A DNA stretch of 64,000 nucleotides from a virus. Lineage: Duplodnaviria; Heunggongvirae; Uroviricota; Caudoviricetes. The position numbers and the translations under genes were made by a program. Shown here in pieces: positions 58,089 through 64,000 of the stretch. The first letter of the stretch is position 1. Each line of letters starts with the position of its first letter. The stretch is taken from IMG/VR virus record IMGVR_UViG_3300025122_006001. One strand, 5' to 3'. The notes under the pieces were generated by a model. The model was not told the DNA's origin and did not search any database. It worked only from the letters and a program-made list of their open reading frames with translations.

Positions 58089-58160
58089 TTCACCCATCCA
58101 GGGAATTGAGGAATTGAACCTCGTGCGGGAGCAACCCCGTCTAGCGCCAACTGCTCTCCT
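58089..58160 (-). ncRNA. tRNA-like/structured small RNA candidate (not a canonical tRNA)
   Basis: Minus strand ..GGAGAGCAGTTGGCGCTAGACGGGGTTGCTCCCGCACGAGGTTCAATTCCTC.. contains D-loop-like AGTTGG and T-loop-like GGTTCAATTCC, but no acceptor stem can be paired. A TTCTCCAGAA motif (58191..58200) lies upstream and a hairpin downstream. Confidence 0.25.
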
Positions 58161-58176
58161 GTGGCTATCTCAATAA

Positions 58177-58410
58177 TCAATCTAATTTAGTTCTGGAGAA
58201 TTGTATGATTGCACTTGGGACAAGATAAAACTGTTTTATAAAAAACAAATCCGCAATTTTCACATTTATGCTCTCCAGCAGCTTCTGCTTCTGCATGTGA
58301 TCTTTTGGATTTTCAGTAGCTGCTAATGGTAATTGACTCCAATCTGGGTGATCGACATATCCATTAGGTCGTAATCCAATTAATACTTTAATGGGAACTA
58401 AATCTTGCAT
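58177..58410 (-). CDS. hypothetical protein (77 aa)
   Basis: ORF track entry. Confidence 0.25.
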   Translation of the reverse strand: MQDLVPIKVLIGLRPNGYVDHPDWSQLPLAATENPKDHMQKQKLLESINVKIADLFFIKQFYLVPSAIIQFSRTKLD

Positions 58411-58427
58411 GACAATATTCCTAATAT

Positions 58428-58787
58428 TTAATTCGACAAAACATGTCTAAGAAATTTTTCTGCATTCGCCATTCCGCCATCATACTTCTCATGCATTTCC
58501 GCTGTCGTAGGAAAGGTTGCTTCTATATCTACTCCCTGTTCTTTTAAATCATCTAGCATCAATTTGTGGCCAGAAAGCCCCTCGTCTACTGTTTGTTCAA
58601 GATTTTCTTTCCATTGATCAATCAATGTTTCTACAACAGTGTCTCTCTGACTGCCAATTGACTCTAAATATGCTTTGAGCACAAACATATTAGCAACAAA
58701 CTGAAAATGCACTAGCATCTCATTAAAAATTTTACGATCATTTAAATCACTTGCTTCAATCATTGTTTGAAAATCGTTAGAGTCCAT
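58428..58787 (-). CDS. hypothetical protein (119 aa)
   Basis: ORF track entry. Confidence 0.35.
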   Translation of the reverse strand: MDSNDFQTMIEASDLNDRKIFNEMLVHFQFVANMFVLKAYLESIGSQRDTVVETLIDQWKENLEQTVDEGLSGHKLMLDDLKEQGVDIEATFPTTAEMHEKYDGGMANAEKFLRHVLSN

Positions 58788-58915
58788 AGCTTGACATACT
58801 CCCCCAGCTAAAGCAAGGGGGATTCTTGTTTCACAGATCCAGGCTTACTCACTGGCATCTCCACAAGCTCTACCCCACTCTAAAGAAATGGGGCTTTCTT
58901 GAAAAATCATGTAAA
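58780..58915 (-). mobile_element. mini-element (MITE/PATE-like) built from the two IS608-like end hairpins
   Basis: Hairpin A1 gacatact-cccccagctaaagcaaggggg (58793..58821) and hairpin B1 ccccactctaaagaaatgggg (58873..58893), 45 nt apart. Same relative order and orientation as the hairpins flanking tnpA-tnpB at 59355 and 60946. Confidence 0.35.
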
Positions 58916-59364
58916 GTATATATTTTCATTTCTCACATTAAAAAAAACGGGGGCTCAGTACAATAATTAATTGTTCATAAAACAATTAATTCCCAAGCAA
59001 GCCCTCATCTAGTTCAGTGGTAGAGCCGCCCGTTCGGTTCCGTTAGCCTTCGTTGAGACTAACAAGGTTTGACCGCATTTCGCCACTAAGCTTATAAGCA
59101 ACATGATGAGACTTCCTTGAAGCTTATTATATCGGAAACACAGAAAAAAACCTTTATTATCTAAAAAAATCTTGGCCCATCAAATAAATAGCGAAGTAGA
59201 AACCCGATTGCACTATACCAGCAGAACAACTGAATAATGCTTCTCGGGCAAATTAAGTTTCTGGGGCTAAATACCTTTTCCGGGCAAAAATAGTTTGAAC
59301 AACTGAATAAGGTTAATTCCAGCATTTCCGTGTTGGATTAAGTTTGCTGTAGCTGACATACTCC

Positions 59365-60411
59365 CTATGCTAAAGCAATAGGGGTTCTTATGGTTGGATT
59401 GCATTCAAAACCCAGAGCCACTTGCGGGGCATCAGTGCTCCCTTCACAACAATCTCTGTCTTGCTGTGATCGATCAATACTTAGCGATCGCTTTGCTATA
59501 TTGAATGCTGCATTGCAATCAGCATGATCAACGTGTCCACACGATGGACACTTAAATATCTTACCATTCCTGTTGCCTATGAGTCCACACTTGCTACAAG
59601 ACTTACTTGTATAAGCGGGAGCAATATAGTCAACTTTTACTCCTTGCAGCTTGGCTTTATATTCAATCATAATTTTTAATTGAAAGAAACTCCAACTGTT
59701 CAAGGCGTATTTAAATGATCTTGCTTGTTTCTTGTTTTGACGAATACCAGTTAGCTTTTCAAGTTTAATATTACATTTGTTCTCCTTTGCATATTGAACT
59801 ATCTTTTTGCTTATCTTATGGTTTATATCTCTTACAATATTTGTCTCTCTTTTACGAATAGTTTTAAGTTTGCATCCTTTTCTTAACTTTTGAAATTTAC
59901 GTCTTGTGTTTTTGTACTTTTGATGTATATGGTTCGCAGACTTCCCTAATTTTAATGTTTTACCATTTTTAGGATTTGCAATTACAGCACAATGTCCTGT
60001 GGTGTTTAAATCTACTCCAATATAATCAGATGTTTCTTGTTGTTCTGGCTCTTCAACTTGGACTGATATATAACAATATTCTGGCCCAATTTCTATTTGG
60101 TTAATTTTAGAAAATTGTCTATTAATTTTATGTTTAAATTGAAGTTTTAAACAAGGTATATTAATTGTATCTTCAAATAATTTAATTGATTGATTAGGGA
60201 TCGTGAGTTTTACTTTAGAAACTTTTTTAGTTTTAGAGCGTCCATATTTTCTTAAGATCTGATTACTAATAGCAGATTTCAAGCCAAAATGTTTAACATA
60301 TTTCGAAGAGAGCTTATCTCTATTAGATATAGCAAAATCTGCAACTTGTTTTGCTTGTTTGAGTTGTTGTGAAAAATCAAGACTATGTTTAATCTTATAT
60401 GTTAGTATCAT
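59365..60411 (-). CDS. tnpB: TnpB RNA-guided endonuclease
   Basis: 348 aa; RuvC-like motifs; C-terminal Zn finger CSKCGLIGNRNGKIFKCPSCGHVDHADCNAAFN; overlaps the tnpA stop by 4 nt; ends with TAG inside hairpin A2. Confidence 0.85.
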   Translation of the reverse strand: MILTYKIKHSLDFSQQLKQAKQVADFAISNRDKLSSKYVKHFGLKSAISNQILRKYGRSKTKKVSKVKLTIPNQSIKLFEDTINIPCLKLQFKHKINRQFSKINQIEIGPEYCYISVQVEEPEQQETSDYIGVDLNTTGHCAVIANPKNGKTLKLGKSANHIHQKYKNTRRKFQKLRKGCKLKTIRKRETNIVRDINHKISKKIVQYAKENKCNIKLEKLTGIRQNKKQARSFKYALNSWSFFQLKIMIEYKAKLQGVKVDYIAPAYTSKSCSKCGLIGNRNGKIFKCPSCGHVDHADCNAAFNIAKRSLSIDRSQQDRDCCEGSTDAPQVALGFECNPTIRTPIALA

Positions 60412-60821
60412 TTATTTTTTTGATCCTCAATATATTTTTTAACAACATCTAAAGACACACTACCTACTGTAGAAATGAATCTTGATTTAGTCCAAAGCGT
60501 GGGCAATCTTGATTTAAGTTCTGGGAACTCATCTCTTAATGTATGAGACGTATATCCTTTAATTTTACTAATTATAGAATATATACCAAATTTAGGATTA
60601 ATATCTATTAAGAGATGCACATGGTCGGGCATAGTTTCTTGTTCAATAACTGAATAGCCGTATTCATTTTCTTTTTCTATAATCAGTTCTTTTAATCGTT
60701 TTTCAATACTTCCTATCAATATTTTTCTACGATATTTTGGACAGAAAATAACATGATATTGGCATGAATATATTAATCCATTATCTGATTGATATTTCTT
60801 TTTAAGATTTTCTATATTCAT
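60408..60821 (-). CDS. tnpA: IS200-like Y1 (HUH) transposase
   Basis: HUH motif PDHVHLLI; Tyr in KIKGYTSH; 137 aa. Confidence 0.85.
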   Translation of the reverse strand: MNIENLKKKYQSDNGLIYSCQYHVIFCPKYRRKILIGSIEKRLKELIIEKENEYGYSVIEQETMPDHVHLLIDINPKFGIYSIISKIKGYTSHTLRDEFPELKSRLPTLWTKSRFISTVGSVSLDVVKKYIEDQKNK

Positions 60822-61008
60822 AAGTATGGTTATTCTAAATAATGTTCTTATTATATATTACCGGATTATATATAGAATTCCTTCACCTGGATGAAATAAT
60901 CTCAAAAAAGATTTCGAAGGCAACTAAAATCTTATTCGCTTTCATCCCCACTCTAAAGAAGTGGGGCTTTCCCGCTCACATTTGTAAAATCCTCTTTGAA
61001 AAGGAAAA

Positions 61009-61449
61009 TTAATACACGATAAGTTTCACGACCCAGCCCATCAAGCAAAATGCCCATGGAGCAACAAGCGAGCTCCAAAATATCATCTTTTGTTTTTTTG
61101 TAAGATCACCGTATTCCACGCTATATTTTATAGCATCTGCGGGCATTATCCCTATGTGCATCTTCAATAACATAACAACAAATATAATTCCCAGTGCATT
61201 CCCTACGCCCAATATAGGCATCTGCGGAAATACGGGAATAACAAACCACGACCAAAAGCAAGACAAAACATACCCATATGAAAACCAAATATAAACAGAT
61301 ATGGGTGCGGCAATAGCCATAAACACAGCTAGAACGCCCAAACAAATCAAAGCATACACTCCCAGCGATTTTATTGTAGATTTTATATTAATATTCATGT
61401 TTTGATTATATCGGCGGTTTTTCCACTTCCTACAAGGATATGAAAGCAT
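61009..61449 (-). CDS. 4-TM membrane protein (146 aa)
   Basis: Four hydrophobic helices. Confidence 0.35.
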   Translation of the reverse strand: MLSYPCRKWKNRRYNQNMNINIKSTIKSLGVYALICLGVLAVFMAIAAPISVYIWFSYGYVLSCFWSWFVIPVFPQMPILGVGNALGIIFVVMLLKMHIGIMPADAIKYSVEYGDLTKKQKMIFWSSLVAPWAFCLMGWVVKLIVY

Positions 61450-61468
61450 TAAAAATGAATGAGATTAT

Positions 61469-61657
61469 ATGCTGAAATCATTTAAATACAGATTATATCC
61501 GAAGACTAAGCAGAAAATTCTGCTTAGTAAACATTTTGGATGTTGTAGGTATATTTATAATTGGGGGCTTGCATTAAAAATCAAGCATTACAAAAAAACG
61601 AAGAAATCATTATCATGCTTTCAACTCAATAAATATATAACTCACTGGAGATGCTAG
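61469..61657 (+). pseudogene. TnpB N-terminal remnant
   Basis: MLKSFKYRLYPKTKQKILLSKHFGCCRYIYNWGLAL is a textbook TnpB N-terminus, truncated after 62 aa with no RuvC region following. Confidence 0.55.
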
Positions 61658-61712
61658 TGAGCCTAGATCTATGAAGGAAGAATTTACACCACTTTTGTGG
61701 TAGTAAAATGTC

Positions 61713-62318
61713 ATGCAAGGCAGCTGGTATAATAAAGCATTCCCTATGGTTAGGGATATATCTCCGCTCTTAAAAGAAATAGCGTCCATCAAAGAGATCG
61801 ATGGAGTAAAGGATCTCTACGTATGGGGCTCATATGCTGCAAATATTAAGAATCCAAGATTTCATATTAAAGATATTTTAACTGAAACAAGCTTATTTTC
61901 CGAGGATTTAATTCCCGTTGAAACATCAATACTAAAAAAAACAGAGAAGAAAGAAGACTTGGAAACAGAAGGTTTCGATCCGTCTTCTGTTCTATTTAGC
62001 CAAGCAGTCAATGATTTGAGATCACCACTCTTTGATTTTTGGGCTATTTCAAAAGACAAAAAACTATTACACTGGGGTCCAATATTTGCAAACAAATCAG
62101 ACTCAGATAGTTTAAAGAAAGAAGCTGAAAATTTTGCAATGCAACGCACAGGGGTAGAGAGCAAAAAAGTACACAAAATTTCTGACAACCGCAGAAGTAA
62201 CTGGTACATGCTCTTCCACGACTATTATTCTAAGCAAATTGGCGGCATGCCGTCTGGCTGGTATGAATCAGAAGAGACCGAAATTGATCCTCTAATCGAA
62301 AAAGCAATTAAGATATAA
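61713..62318 (+). CDS. hypothetical protein (201 aa)
   Basis: ORF track entry. Confidence 0.35.
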   Translation: MQGSWYNKAFPMVRDISPLLKEIASIKEIDGVKDLYVWGSYAANIKNPRFHIKDILTETSLFSEDLIPVETSILKKTEKKEDLETEGFDPSSVLFSQAVNDLRSPLFDFWAISKDKKLLHWGPIFANKSDSDSLKKEAENFAMQRTGVESKKVHKISDNRRSNWYMLFHDYYSKQIGGMPSGWYESEETEIDPLIEKAIKI

Positions 62319-62367
62319 ACGTGAATGAGGCACTTAATTCACTATCTACAAACAAGGAAAATAGAAG

Positions 62368-62940
62368 ATGATCGTCGTTTTACGAAAATACGGAGAAACC
62401 ACAAACATATATTTTGAGCTTGTTAATCAAGGAGGAACTGAATTCCTCTCAGCAGGCACTGACTTTATAGGAACTGATACTGAAATCAGTAAAAACGGAG
62501 GAACTTTTGCCGCAACAACAAACCAGCCTGTCCATATTGGGAATGGCATATATCAATTAACGCTCACAGAAAATGAGTTGGAAGCTAGTGTTGCTGTCGT
62601 TATCATTATGGACACGACAACATCTCAGGCATGGAACGACCAAAGTGTCACTGTAGAAACTTATGGGGCTGCTGATGCGCAACATGAATTTGATCTTGAC
62701 ACTGGCACGCAAAACGTTAAGCTTACAACTGATGGGCTAGATAATGTAAGCGTGGTTGGGCCAAAAGGCCCTGCAACTAATTTCCGAGAAATGATGGTTC
62801 AGGTATGGCGAAGATTCTTTAAGAAACACACATTAACAAACACATTACTTACTACATTTGCAGATGATGGAGAAACAGTAACAACAATACAAGAAGTGGC
62901 AGATGATACAGTTACGCAAACTGTAGACAGGGCTACGTAG
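62368..62940 (+). CDS. hypothetical Thr/Val-rich protein (190 aa)
   Basis: ORF track entry; ends TAG then TGA; the next ORF opens in the -1 frame 34 nt before this stop. Confidence 0.4.
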   Translation: MIVVLRKYGETTNIYFELVNQGGTEFLSAGTDFIGTDTEISKNGGTFAATTNQPVHIGNGIYQLTLTENELEASVAVVIIMDTTTSQAWNDQSVTVETYGAADAQHEFDLDTGTQNVKLTTDGLDNVSVVGPKGPATNFREMMVQVWRRFFKKHTLTNTLLTTFADDGETVTTIQEVADDTVTQTVDRAT

Positions 62941-64000
62941 TGAAATTATTTGGTCTGCCAGACGGATTTATCGACAGGGATGACAGAGCAACATTTGTCA
63001 CCCCGCCTTTTGACGCCCCATTTGCAAACCCCGATTGTTTTACTCGCCTAGGACTACCAGACGCATTTATTGACATAATTAAAAAAAAACTGACACAGCA
63101 AACAGGACGCTGGGCAGATTATAACTACGACTGGCTTCAATATATTGCAAATCTCAACTACAGAAGAGCAAAGCTCCTCTGCGACCGCGACTTAAATCGT
63201 TTCCCTGACATACGCAACTATCTTCAGCTCACGCTATCGCGAGCCAAAAACCTTACTGGGAAGATAAGATCCGATGCTATCGCCGCTGGTCGCGATAGTA
63301 TTAAGGAAGAAACTTTAAACGAAGAGGCACGCATAGCAAATGAGCCTGACCCAAGACTTTCTCCAAAAGAGCTATCTGGAGCAACTGGACCAAGCCCGCT
63401 TAGGAAGTTCACTGTTCGCAAACGCATAAAGGTTCCATTAACACCGGGCTCAATCCCCTCGGGAGAAGATACTCCAAGACTACCAGACCTAGTTGGTCCA
63501 GTTGTAGCCCCAATAGTTCCAGATATAACGCCAATATTTCCACCAGAAGTTTCCAGTAGCAGCTCATCGCTTAGCAGTAGCAGTTCTCTCAGCAGCAGTT
63601 CATCATTAAGCAGTAGTTCTTCCCTGAGTAGCAGCAGCAGTTCATCATTAAGCAGTAGTTCATCCCTGAGTAGCAGCAGCAGTTCATCATTAAGTAGCAG
63701 TTCATCATCAGTCAGTAGTTCTAGTAGCTCTAGCAGCAGCAGTTCATCATTAAGTAGCAGTTCATCATCAGTCAGTAGTTCTAGTAGCTCTAGTAGTAGT
63801 TCAGTAAGTTCTAGCAGTTCTTCCCTGAGTAGCAGCAGCAGTTCATCGTTAAGTAGCAGTTCATCATCAGTCAGCAGTTCTAGTAGCTCTAGTAGTAGTT
63901 CAGTAAGTTCTAGCAGTTCTTCCCTGAGTAGCAGCAGCAGTTCATCATTAAGTAGCAGTTCATCATCAGTCAGTAGTTCTAGTAGCTCTAGTAGTAGTTC
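62940..64000 (+). CDS. Ser-rich repeat protein, partial (runs off the window end): ~205-aa N-domain followed by (SSSSSL)n
   Basis: Frame open from the TGA at 62904-6 to the window end. No ATG; candidate GTG start at 62940-2 overlapping the upstream TAG. Sequence ..GLPDAFIDIIKKKLTQQTGRW..PIFPPEV then SSSSSLSSSSSL.. from 63555. Confidence 0.5.
   Translation, partial: MKLFGLPDGFIDRDDRATFVTPPFDAPFANPDCFTRLGLPDAFIDIIKKKLTQQTGRWADYNYDWLQYIANLNYRRAKLLCDRDLNRFPDIRNYLQLTLSRAKNLTGKIRSDAIAAGRDSIKEETLNEEARIANEPDPRLSPKELSGATGPSPLRKFTVRKRIKVPLTPGSIPSGEDTPRLPDLVGPVVAPIVPDITPIFPPEVSSSSSSLSSSSSLSSSSSLSSSSSLSSSSSSSLSSSSSLSSSSSSSLSSSSSSVSSSSSSSSSSSSLSSSSSSVSSSSSSSSSSVSSSSSSLSSSSSSSLSSSSSSVSSSSSSSSSSVSSSSSSLSSSSSSSLSSSSSSVSSSSSSSSS

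Larger units (their letters stand above)
59340..60990 (-). mobile_element. IS200/IS605-family insertion sequence, IS608-like (tnpA-tnpB)
   Basis: Y1 transposase plus TnpB flanked by subterminal hairpins. RE-side A2 gacatact-ccctatgctaaagcaataggg (59355..59383); minus strand reads ccctattgctttagcataggg-agtatgtc, close to the IS608 end palindrome. LE-side B2 ccccactctaaagaagtgggg (60946..60966). Exact ends not determined. Confidence 0.6.

Noticed and set aside
58089-58160. A seventh canonical tRNA
   Set aside because: T-loop-like and D-loop-like segments exist, but no 7-bp acceptor pairing can be drawn, so it is reported only as a tRNA-like RNA candidate.
1-64000. Genome-wide TAG recoding (code 15), implied by the CUA tRNA
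   Set aside because: All long conserved ORFs here are intact under the standard code, and the breaks seen are frameshifts, not in-frame stops. The question is retained only for genes outside this window.

Overview
This 64 kb window is about 39-40% GC, densely packed, and almost every gene is on the minus strand. The content fits a large (jumbo-type) bacteriophage or a phage-derived region of a bacterium that uses Shine-Dalgarno translation. Evidence: short overlapping ORFs; six convincing single tRNA genes (Arg-UCU, Gly-UCC, Gln-UUG, Ser-UGA, Ser-GCU and a CUA-anticodon amber-suppressor tRNA); at least five homing endonucleases (3 HNH, 1 GIY-YIG, 1 LAGLIDADG); a sigma-70 family factor; a class II ribonucleotide reductase; dUTPase; NAD-dependent DNA ligase; peptide deformylase; and a putative lysis cassette. 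The accessory content is rich. It includes NAD+ salvage genes (pncB, nadE, a PncA-like hydrolase) next to a macro-domain protein; a vWA / PP2C phosphatase / Ser-Thr kinase triad followed by a SLOG-like (DUF2493) protein; a MoxR-like AAA+ ATPase paired with a HExxH+vWA protein; an orphan histidine kinase; a lipoprotein SPFH protein; and an outer-membrane beta-barrel candidate. Mobile DNA: an IS608-like IS200/IS605 element (tnpA+tnpB) with covarying subterminal hairpins and an adjacent ~105 bp mini-element built from the same two hairpins, two further TnpB genes (one partial at the window edge), and a TnpB N-terminal remnant. Both window ends carry genes that continue into long poly-Ser tandem-repeat coding tracts with reading-frame breaks at the junctions. 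An FkbM-family methyltransferase is split by a -1 frame change exactly at a G GGA AAA slippery heptamer. All calls rest on motifs read directly from the translations; no database search was possible.
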